Shown: one piece after another, positions 12,600 through 23,894 of the stretch
Numbering within the stretch: the first letter of the stretch is position 1
Layout: each line of letters opens with the position of its first letter
Source: Camelus ferus
Lineage: Eukaryota
Direction: 5' to 3'
Length of the DNA: 64,000 bases
NCBI RefSeq assembly: GCF_009834535.1
Contig: NC_045697.1
Location: 51,710,001-51,774,000, forward strand
The notes under the pieces: generated by a model
The model's database searches: none
Seen by the model: the letters and a program-made list of their open reading frames with translations, nothing else
Told to the model about the DNA's origin: nothing
Position numbers and translations under genes: made by a program

Positions 12600-13725
12600 G
12601 CAAGGCCTGGTAATACAGGGGTTACAGAAATAACTGTCATACTAATGAAAATGCAGTGGAGATACTGAGAGAGAGAGAGGTGTGGCGAGATGGACAGATG
12701 GGCATTCAGAGGACAGAATGACAAGAATGATTACTTCCATCTCCCTCCTTGTGGTCAAGGAAGACTTCAGGGAGGTGAATCTTAAAGAATATTTAATAGT
12801 GAAACATGGAGAAATAAGAAAGAGAGGGGATGCCAGTCCATATGGAAGAGAATATGGAAGTAAAGACATGGACATAGCAAGTATGGGGAAGGACGGCAGT
12901 GAAAACTTTAGTTGGCTTCATCATAGAACATTGTAAAGAGTGGCAATAAACAAGAGTGTCCCGATCAGAATTGTATTCAGGAAAGTTAATTAAATAGGTT
13001 ACATGGTAGAAAGCGACATAGAAGTAGATGTGATGCAGAGCAGTTCGAAAGCTAGTGCAACAACTATGATAGTCTAACGCAATACAACACAGTAACAGGT
13101 AGTATGATTAGGAACCAGAGAAGCAGCTGTGGACAGAGTGAAAGGGGAGACATTCATGACATCGCTGAGTGGATTTCTATGGTTTGGCAACAAAAGTGGA
13201 TGGAGAAGAAGAAGAGAGTGTGTCTAGGGGTATCAAAGATGAGCTGAAAGTTTTAAGCTGGCATGATTAAAGAAATCCGGAAAACAGAAGAACACGGGAA
13301 GAAAAATGTGATAAATTCTCCCTGAGACACAGATGAGCAGGCTGTGCAGATGGAGATGTTTAGCAGACAGCTGGAAGTTGTGGGAACTCTGGAGAGGATA
13401 ACATGGCCAGGGACAGGAGTTGGAAGACTTGTGCATGAAGGAGATAACTGAAGCTGGGCCAGTGGATTGAGTTGAGGTTGTCCAGATAGGCGAGCTGAAG
13501 TAAAAGTTTGGAGAATACCTATTTTTAAATAGGCTTTTTAAAAAAAGCAAATTTAGGTTTAAAGCAAAATTGGGCAGCAGGTACAGAGATCCCCCCATTA
13601 CCCCCTGACTCCACATGAGCAGAAAATACCTGTTTATAGAGCAAGAAGAGCAAGAGCCAGAGGAAAAGACAGAAGTGACTGAGCAAAGGGAACAAAACTC
13701 CGAGAGTAGAATGTTTATAGAAACC
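12600..13725 (-). mobile_element. Degenerate L2
   Basis: gtggtcaaggaagacttc..ggaggtga; ggagatgtttagcagacagctgga; purine-rich + strand typical of antisense L2. Confidence 0.6.
13526..13621 (-). mobile_element. L1MB-like 3' terminal fragment inserted in L2
   Basis: tttaggtttaaagcaaaattgggcagcaggtacagagat..ccc; diverged TSD gagaatacctattt / gaaaatacctgttt. Confidence 0.75.
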
Positions 13726-14869
13726 AAAGGATTTAATTTAGGGTCAAATTTAAATTGGTGAACAAATAACATTACATAATACTTTTTGTTTGGAGTGTTC
13801 TTGTTAACCCAAATAAGGACAAAATAGCATTCCTAGAGTAATTATTAGAGGATCTACTAAAAAATAGCCACAAGTGATTGTGACTTATGTATTGGTATCA
13901 TGAAATATATCTGTTCATGGTCGACAGCTAGGTATTTCAAAGTTTCTCTTTAAAAGTGTAAAATATTTTCCCCAAATCTTATTTTTCTCAGGTATCAGAA
14001 AATCACTTAAATCCCTTTTGACTCATCTTCCCCATGTGAAAAAGGACCATACTCACTGTTTTCTAATGTTGCCTTGGAAAATATCTTAGAAAAGTAAAAT
14101 AGAAATGACTCAGTTTTTTAGCCCAAGAGTTATTGAGAAATTTTAACAACTAATCTGTACTAACCCTCTCCTTCAGTCTGCTTATAGACTAGTCAGAATC
14201 GTTGCTGCGAATGAGTCATTGCTGAGGGACAGAGCAGAAGCAAACACTCCAATTCTTAGCCTGGTAGTAGAGAGGAGGTGTGGAGGGTGAGTGAGGTTTG
14301 TTTATGCAGGGGAACTTCCATATTGTACTTTAAAGACTTACGTGTGTTTTATAATGTGCACATTTGTTTATTGCAATTTGTGGATGTACTTTTTGAATTG
14401 GGCATATAACTGTGCATATTATTCTTCATGGGGAATGATATCATGCATTTCCATGTTATTGTGTTTGTTATTTGTGTGTACTCTGAGCTAAAAGTTATAT
14501 GCCTGATGTGAATAGGGATATATGTGGCTTTTAAAAATAAGCATAAATTCATGGGCATTTATTTATATGACCCCTGTGGATGGGCAATAAAGTATTTAAC
14601 GTGCAAGTCAAGAGACAAGGGCGTTTAACTCTGTATCGGACATTAATAACAAGAGACATCGAGTCCTTAGGAAGAAAATAGACAAAGTGCCTATAGAGTT
14701 TCATGTTAGGCTAGTAGAATAAATGCAAGAGTGGCTCTTGATTTTCCATCATCCTGAAAGGATTTCAGGGAGGAAGTAGTAGAATTTTATAGTGGTTTAA
14801 ATGCTCATTGAGAAACACTGCCATACAAACAGTGGACCAAAACAAGGTGTGTTCTCAGCATATCCCATC

Positions 14870-15285
14870 CTTATCAGTTGTTTGTTGTTGTTGTTGGCAA
14901 GAGAAATAGTATTGACTAACGTGGAAAAATACGAAATACTAGAAGTATATTAGGTAACTCACAGAAGTTGAAGGAAAAGCCAAAGAGCCAAGTTTCAAAA
15001 AGGCAGGACCCAGGACAGCTCACAAACTCTCAGTCAAAATCTGTTTCTAGGGAGATTGGAATAGTTGGGTTTCAACCATTATTATCATGTATGGCCTTTC
15101 TCTAGATTCACATTCCCAGGAATGAGATCCCAATTAGGTCATCTTGGACTGGGTCACCCTTTGAAATCTGGCCTGGTAATTAATGGATTGAGAGGACTTG
15201 CTCTCCAAAGAGGCATGAGATGTGGTTACCACAGGAAGGAAAAAGAGATGCTGGACAGGCAGACACAAGAAGCCTGCCGTAGACA
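14870..15285. mobile_element. MLT1 (ERVL-MaLR) solo LTR, MLT1J/K/L-like
   Basis: taggtaactcacagaa..gaaggaaaagc; end ttaccacaggaagga..gatgctggacaggcaga matches an old MLT1 terminus. Confidence 0.6.
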
Positions 15286-15998
15286 GTGATGGTGTTGTAG
15301 GTCTTTGAAAAAAAAAGTGAATAAAATGGACTTGAGAGGTCTGAAACCAAATCTAGAATTATACACACTCACATACGCAGATACACACACTCACATATGC
15401 AGATACACACACCCAGTCGTGTATTTTATACGCTGCTTATGGATGATCTCTGCCGCTTTTTTCCTTCATTCACTACTCTTATGGTTGACATATTGAGTAA
15501 CATACTACAGGCTGCTTTTCTTCCCTCAAAGAGAAAACTTAAAGAAATACAAGAGGCCCCCAGAGATACATTATTATAGAGTATAATATATGACAAGTGC
15601 TGAGGTGGAAGGTCATTTTTTGGTTGTTAATGAAGGCAGTTTATTTTTTGTTAGGCAAAGAAGTGTGTTCTCACATCATTTTGTTTGAGTACAATTTCTA
15701 TTGACTTCCATGAATATTCTTATCTGTCAGTAGGCATAGATTCTCCTGCCGAAATAAGCTTTTCCTTCTGGTGTACCGTTTGGTTTCTGATCCAGAACTT
15801 GATTTACTATAATTAGAAACATGTACTGTGCTGTCAACAAAAATCTAAAACTTGTCACTGACTTTGTGAATGATTGTTTTAGATAGATTCTCATTTTATT
15901 TTAATAAGGGGAAGAAATTTCTCATTGTAGTTCACACATTCTAGACAAAAGAATAAAAAATATCATCTGAAGTCATTTATAGATCTTTCAGTTTCCAG

Positions 15999-16435
15999 CA
16001 GTGGTTCTCAAACTTCATTTGGCATGAGTCTCACCTGGGGAGATTGCTAAAAATACAGATGTCTCGATCACCATCCAGAGATTTGGATATTTATTTATTT
16101 ATTTATTTATTTAGTTAGTTATTATTTATTTATTTACAATTGAAATATAGTCAGTTACAACGTGTCAATCTCTGGTGTACAGCATAATATCCCTTATAAA
16201 CATACGTAATTCATTTTCATACTTTTTCATTAAAGATTATTACAAGATTCTGAACATAGTTCCCTAGGCTATTCAGAAGAAATTTTTTTTTATTTATTTT
16301 TATATATAGTAGTTAATATTTGCAGATCTCAGAGATTTGGATTTGATCAGTCAGGATGGGGCTCAAGATTCCAGTTTTATCAAATATTCCAGATGATTAT
16401 GATGTCTGGGGACCACACTCTGGAACATCCTCCTC
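15999..16435. mobile_element. MER5-type MITE split by an L1 insertion
   Basis: cagtggttctcaaactt..tcacctggggag..taaaaatacagatg; after the L1: ccagatgattatgatg..ggggaccacactctg. Confidence 0.8.
16089..16329 (-). mobile_element. 5'-truncated L1 3'UTR (camelid-type) with (TTTA)n tail and 13-bp TSD
   Basis: TSD CAGAGATTTGGAT at 16076-16088 and 16330-16342; aligns by eye with 51620-51815. Confidence 0.9.
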
Positions 16436-19400
16436 TAGATGGTTTTGTATTAGCTTGTGAACAGTGTCAGAAAAGTAAGAATTGTGTGTAATTCGTTCAG
16501 AGGTTTGGAATTGAATTATTATAACAATGATCATTCAGGTCACTAATTGTTGAACTACCCTTTGACTCAAGTGGGCCAAGAATTCTGTTCTTACTGAAAA
16601 TGGTAGATGACTTATATGGAAGTTAATGAGAAAGGAAAGTCTGTGAGTGAATTCTACATTCTTAAATAATATTTTAGTTCTAGATGCATCTCATTTACTA
16701 ATAACATGAGTTTTGTTTTTTTGTATATGAGAATATTCCAAGGTGTGTTAGAACATTCTTCTCTTTGTTCTTTCTTCTGACAAGTCAGTATTCTCTGATA
16801 AATATATTACAGCAGATGCATAAAGACTGTAGTTTTATCCTATATTCCCTTGCAAGTTGTATTCTCGTGGATGTACTTTTTCTTCTGAAAACAAAGTGGG
16901 TTTTTTCCCCCAGGTTTTTCTAGCAAAAAACTTTTTTTTTTTCACATCTGTCTCTCTCAACATGAGATGGTTTGAGTTGTGATGTCATTTTTTTAAATTA
17001 ACTGTGAATGGAGCTGACACTGTCAGTGATACAGTGGGAAGGACGCCAGGAAGTCAGATTTCCGTTGCCAGAGGCACTGTTCATCGTATAAAAAGTTACA
17101 GGGAGCAGGTAGACCAGCATGGAGCACAGCAATCAGACGCAGTGTTCACTTTTGAGCAGAATTATAAGCATTTAGCATATCGTGGTTAGCTGTATAAGAC
17201 AAAGGACACATTTTACTACATGTAATATGGGAAAAAATGGGTTACATACTAGTCCTTTCAGTAATATCTGAACATACATAGTTATAATCATCTGCAGAAG
17301 CATCCACATATATACATAGAAAGGCTAGACAGCCACATGGCTGATACCTAAATTTTTAAATTACCATAGCTTTTCAAAGTCTCAAGTAAGAAAAGCAAAT
17401 CTAGTAGGTTTTTTGCCTTTTAACTGAGCTGAAAAAGGCCCTCAAAGCAAAAATAATGGCCTACTTTTAGTGGTGTGAATGCAACAACATGTTTTTTGCT
17501 CAAATTATTTAGGCAAACTTCTGTATAATGTCAAGATTAGGTCAGTTTTAATGTAAACAGACACTATTTTTCTTATGATGATCATTAACCTAGGACAAAA
17601 AGCGCTGAGATTTTGTTGGAGGAGGCTTGGTCATATTTTGAACACTAGTGCCCTAGCTGCAGAACCCTGAATATTTGTGAATCCTATGGCACAGTGTGTT
17701 TAGGGGTGTGAAAATACGCTTTCCTTAGAAGCTTGGCTGGAATTTTATGATATTCTCCTGGGCTAATAATTATTGAGCTATCTTCTGATAAAATATTTTA
17801 ATGTTTAATTTAATACTAAATGGTGTATAGTAACAGAAAGATTCTCATTGATGTGTCTTCAGTCATATCATTTCCATAATATAAGAGATGGACATCTTTT
17901 GCAAGTTCTTCAAAAGAGTATGTTTGTAGGTACATTTTATAGAACATAAGTAATGACATTAAACTAGTAATAAAGGTGCTAATTCTACCACATGCCAAGG
18001 TCCACCTTATTCTACTTTTTTCATCATGAAACAAAACATAGTCTGGATTTTATGGTAGGATCTATATACCTGTTTCCAGAGTAGAAGTTTCTGTAGCCTT
18101 AAGTGATAGGATAAAATACGCTGACATTTTATCTTTACAAAAATCATTTCTGAACGCTTTTGCCCTTCCATTTTAAATTTGTGGATTAGATAGGGAAGAA
18201 ACCTTCAATTACTTGGCTTGTGTATTTAATAACTTCCCTGTAGAAAGACAAGCAAAGCGTGCTTTGAATTCAGGGCTGTGACGACCACCAAAGGTGAGAA
18301 CTGGAATGACTCCAGGAAGAAACACAGGGTACTAGAAATTATTACTGTGCAAAGTGAGAGGTGAGGACAGGAGGAGAGAAGTCCCTTTAGGTTTTGAACT
18401 TTCAAAATATGGAATCAAAATGAAAGATTTTTACTGATGTGTGGCTGAGTGTTATTGTTATAATAAATGGATTATTTCTTAGATGTATTTGAGTTGAAAT
18501 ACATAGAATCATAATTATCATCTTCAGAAACCAAATGGGAAAAGAATGTGCAAAAGAACAGAAAACCATAGAGAGTGGGGAGGCAATTGGGCCCCCTACT
18601 CCCCCATGTCTCAGCTTTAAAGAGTCTTGCTCATTCTGTTTAATATCTGTCCTCTTAGACATGTCAATGGATTTAAAATGAGTAAGTCTTGTGTGTTACC
18701 TACAGGAGCGCCAACTACCTCTGACACTGAGCAGTGCTGCTCCTGGTGGGCTGGAACCAGTCAGCTCCGTCGTGGTGGCAGCAGTGGTGATACTGGGAGT
18801 GGCAGGCACTTTTACACTCCTCTGCCGCGCGGAGGGATGCTTGTGAGGGTTAATACTCAACAGGAAACAATCGTTCGACAGATTGTGAAAGTTGTAAGGG
18901 ATCAGGCTGATGCTCCTCCTGCCTCTTCAGACTTGAGGAAGGTGAGATCTGAATGCCATGGTCACGACAATCCACAAGATGGAGTTATTTTACACTGCTA
19001 AAACATTTCCAAAATGGACACTTGCGTGAACAATGCTGCTTTCAGCAAGACCAGGCACAAAATAGGAACACTTGATTTATTACATTCAAAGATGTGTCTG
19101 GAAATCTGCACAAAAGCTGCTGCTTTGATGACCCCTTAATCATTCCAGTTGTATCAAGCCTGTAGGTTGAACATTTACTCTGTAGGATTAAATATGCTCC
19201 TTTCCTATGCCATGTTTGTAGGAAATACAGCTGGATCTTGGGAAAAGTCTAATAAACTTCTTTTGAAAAAATTGTAACTCATTTCAATAGATTAAATGGA
19301 AGAAATGAGAAAAAGACTTTCCCATCATAGTCATCTTCTATCCCTTAGCATAATGATTGGCACATAGCGGGCACATGGTCTGTCTGTGGCGAGCAAGATC

Positions 19401-20320
19401 ACTTATGTGGGAAGACGTAGAACAGACATAGTGCTGAATTGAACTAGGACATAATCTGTTAATTTGTTTCTGTGCAACATCCTTCCTGCTTAGTAGGTCT
19501 GGTTTATGCTCCTTTTTCCTTTTTACCATGCTGACATGTATATTCCAAGAAGAGTCTTTTCCCTAAATTGTTTGTAATGTTCACAAGATCTGGGTTGGTA
19601 GCATACCTAAGGGATCTGTGCTATTGTGGGAAAGTGGGATTTTTTTGCTGCAAATAATTAAGGAATCATTCAACTGAAACAAGTAGGTGTGACTGGATGA
19701 TTTTCCAGGTATTTGTTTGGAATTGTTATTACATGTGTTGTAGCCTCAATTGTGTATTTCTATAAAACAAGGTTTTGAAGCAGTTTGACAGTATTTCCCT
19801 GCTCTTTTTTCTCTTTTGTAACAAAAAGTAGTGAATATCACCTGCATAATTTCTGAACATATAGATGATAATATATAAAGTATAAGCTCATTGATAATGT
19901 AAACATAGCCTTTTTAATTTGAGTGATAAGAAACTGAATTGTGTAACTTTTCTGGCTATAGCAATATGTGTAGAAATTTTTGGTCTCAAACACAAAATGC
20001 AAAAGATTTGGACGGTTCTATATGTTTTTTTTTTTCTTCTTCAAATGTGGCCAAGAAAATAGATACGGAAAGGGCCAAAGTTTTTACAAATCAAGCTTTA
20101 TAAGCTCATCAGAGTTCTTATTGATGGTAGTGCCTATTTGGATTATTAAACTCTTTTTAGCAGAATAGAGCTCTTTACTAGTTAATACAATTTACCAAGT
20201 TTGTTGGCTTGGCTTGGCTTTTCAGAATATAGAACCTGACTTTACAGTGATATGCTTTGGTTTATACGCAAAGGGAGAAAATAAGACACTGAATATATAG
20301 GGAAAGGTATTGTTAATAAG

Positions 20321-20387
20321 AGTCACTATGCTGTACACCAGAAACTAACACAACATTGTATATCAACTATACTTCAATGAAAAAAAA
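20321..20387 (+). mobile_element. Very short L1 3' terminal fragment with A-tail
   Basis: gtcactatgctgtacaccagaaactaacacaacattgtatatcaactatacttcaatgaaaa; flanks aataagagtcact / aataagtcact. Confidence 0.85.
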
Positions 20388-21639
20388 TAAGTCACTGCCC
20401 GGCATAAGACTGTGCACTCATAGTAAATCTGGAACCAAACGTGATAATTACAGAATGATGTAACTGATTGTCTGTGTATGTTGCCTGGGGCTTCTGTCTC
20501 TCTTCGTGGCAGCCTTTAAAATTTTGCTTTGCTGGTTGGCCTTGTGACTCTCTTCTTTACTGTCATCTAGTGGGTTGTTTTTGGCTCTGAGCCACCTCTT
20601 AAGGAGGTCATTGATTCTTGTGATGGAGCGAAATTACTTCCTGCAAAATTTTAAGGACCTATTTTTAGCACAGGCATCTTTTTCTTTCTTCTCAACAGAA
20701 GAAAATTCTTGTTAGCTTTCTTCCTTTACTGTCTTCTGTTTGTTTTTCTGAACGTTGAGTCAATATACTCTATTAACGTACATATTTACAATGAGTCATG
20801 TATTCTGTGAGAAAGATGATGACCTAAGAGTCAACATACCTTTTATAAAGCGTGTAAAACCTCTAGCCCAACATCTGACATAGAGTAGCTACTCTGCTTC
20901 TCCTCTTGAGACTTGAGAAAATTTCAGCCTCTCAGTATCTTTTTTAAAAAATTCTCATCTATAAAATAAAAGTAGTGAATAAGCACAGTTTTCATTAAAT
21001 CCAGTCAACAGACAGTGATAGCTTACTGAGCATTTATTATTTGCAAGGCTCTGTTTTACCCTACCACCTTTTAAAACTAACGACACAAGGTGGGGAACTA
21101 GGAAGTGATGGAGCAGATGAGAAGTGAAGCCCGTCAGAGTGGGGCTGAAGTGTTCCATTCGAGCTGTCACACCAGCTGCTCTAAGCAGTGCATTGACCGT
21201 CAGAAGCCTAGATTCTTCCCTCAATTTATGAACTTGACACTCTTTTTTCTTCAACTATTTCTTCCATCTGGTAATTCAGTCTGTTTGGGAGAAGCAGCAT
21301 TTTTTTTCCTCCTATGTCTGATTCGATTTTTTGGTATTAGAAATCTTCCTACTTGAAAGTTTGATTTTACTAGCTTTTGGTTCTCTTGATCCATTCTAAA
21401 AAATACACGTCCTGAATGTATTAACCCTGGAGGACTTGTTTCAGAGGCATGATGGAGAGCTAGATTGCCAGTTGTCTTTGTGAAATAGGCGTAGAATCTG
21501 TGGTTCAAAAACTTTTATTTGCAAATGGGATCCAGATAGGGCTGTGTGCATTGGAATAAGCCAGGATATAAGTAAAGTGTATGAATATCAAAATTTGGTA
21601 GTTTAACTAGTATAGAGACAAGTATTGACCATGAGGATG

Positions 21640-21870
21640 AATGTAAATACTGGGTTTTGAAGTAAATTAGAGTTGGATAAAGCCTGGCTCTGCCACCTAT
21701 AAACTTTGTTACACCAGGCAAATTTAATTGATTTCTGTAGGCCATAGTCTCATTTATAAAGTAGGAACAATATTTTCTATGAAGGTTTTTTGGTCTGGCT
21801 TAAACTAAGATAACGTGTAAACGCCCTACTACGCACTGTGCTTTCATGAAAGTAGATACATGGTTGTTAT
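21640..21870 (+). mobile_element. MIR SINE
   Basis: cctggctctgccacctat..ggcaaatttaatt..ctcatttataaagtagg..taagataacgtgtaaa. Confidence 0.7.
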
Positions 21871-23894
21871 GTCTGTTAGAAGTTTAGAAGGTATGAAAAA
21901 TGTAAATACGGCTAGAACCAGCAAGCGTATCTCAGGAGAGAAAAGAAAAGAAATTAGGGGTTGAAAACTAAGGAAACTTGAAAAATGGAAAGTTGGGAAT
22001 TAAGAGAACTGGAAGAAAGATTTCCTTGAATGATTTTATTGTGAACATACATTCTCAATGATCTTTTAAAAAGTCAATAACCTGTTAAACCAGAATGCAG
22101 ATAATTAAAGCTTGAGGGTGACACAGGCAAACCTACCAAGATTTTGTTTTAGAATAGGTTTGATTTGTCTGTTTCCATGATCTGCTCAACTTTTATAGTT
22201 TATACCAGATCTGAAATCACTACTTGATAACTGAACTTTAGTCTGAATTGTACAGATTTTTAGCTTAAGCCCTTTATGAATGAATCACTGTGATTAGCAC
22301 ATCTGTAGAGGTTCAAGAAATGGAGTAACAGAGTTGGAAACAAAATATGCAAGAGGAGTATACTGGACCATGTGGGGATATTTTGGACGATTGTATTTCT
22401 TTGAACTGCGGATCTTATTCCCTGTTTTAGTGTTTGTTGTCATGAAAATAATCACAAACCCACATGCCCAAGGCTTAATGAAAACCTGGTGGCTGCAGAA
22501 ATAATCAGAAGTATAACATGCTGCAATTCTCTTGTTAACCCATTTCACCTAACTTAACATTTCACACAGTATTTTAAAAAAGTTTTGAGCATACCAATCC
22601 CATGCAGAAGCTTGGTTTTTAAAAACTTTTGTAATCTGGGAAATTGATGAAAGAAAGAGAAATAATTGAAAAGGAGTGGCATTCATAATCCAGCGTTTTT
22701 CAAACTGTAGAGAATTTTTAGTGCTGTATAGTTTTAGAAATCTATTCTCAAGAGTTGTCTATAGCCACTGTTTGACTGCTGTGTTACTTGAGTATCTTTA
22801 GGTGCTCATCTTGAGTGTAGGCTGTAATCACAATAATATCAATAACCCTTACCGTCACTCTTTGCACACTTCCCGCCATGATGCCTGTCTTCACCGTCTG
22901 GGGAAATTCGTAATTTTTTCTCTATGAAACTTGTGGGTACAGCAGATTTACTGTGAGTAGCTTGGGAGTTCACCCCATTTCTGTTAAGGTGAATATAGAA
23001 ACTCAAAGGAATTGAATTTTCCTGACCTCATCTCTGGTCTGGTGTAGGAATGCAGAGCAGATGCAGTGACTCAGATGTAACTCCATCTGTGCCTTAATAA
23101 GATTCAGACACACTCATCTGTCTTTTGGTCTTTTGTTCTTTTGTTCTTCTGCTTAAACCTTCTCTACTCAGGGAGTATTCTGGTAAGACATAGAGGGTCA
23201 AGCTTCTGAGTTTTGAGAAGGTAAAGGTAGTTGTTTGTTTAGTGAATGATATTGAAAGAAATAAATATTTTAAAAGAAAAAAGGAGGCCAGTAGCTTTCA
23301 GGACATCACTTGAAGAACTTCACACATGAAACTAGGATTGTACCCTTATACTTAACATGCCCTGTAATTTAGTGTTAGGTTTTTAAGGATTTATTATTCA
23401 TTTGCTTTCCTTTTTTATACATTACAGTAATTCTGATGTATTTAAGGGAGCATGGAATTGGGGTAGTGGATGGGGAAGGAGGCAAGGTTATTTTAGAATA
23501 GGAATATTGCAAATAAATGCCATCTTAATGAGATTTGGTACTCCTTGGCTTTTTCTCCATACTTTTATCCAAATCATTATATTGTTTTGCAATGAGAATG
23601 GACGCTAGGGGCAGTGTAAACCTCCCTGAGAACCACTGTTGGCAACAAATTTGTTCTCCACCTGATACCAAGGTAGACCACATGTGTTATATGTCTATTT
23701 TGGAGACAAATGAAGAGTGTGTTTCTTGGAAGTCATTGTTGAGGAATTGTTATGCTTCTGGAAAGAAGATAAATAAAAGAGGGAGGGCTTGCCATCAACA
23801 GAAATGAAATGAAAACATTTATTATAAGGTTAATCACTGTTACTGCCCTAACCAAGACTAGAAGATTTAGTTTAGCTATAGAGTTTAAAAACTC

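Noticed and set aside
13233..13772. 179-aa minus-strand ORF
   Set aside because: Spans L2 and L1 fragments; no recognisable homology
17816..18034. 72-aa minus-strand ORF with a hydrophobic stretch
   Set aside because: No recognisable family and no splice or promoter context; chance ORF
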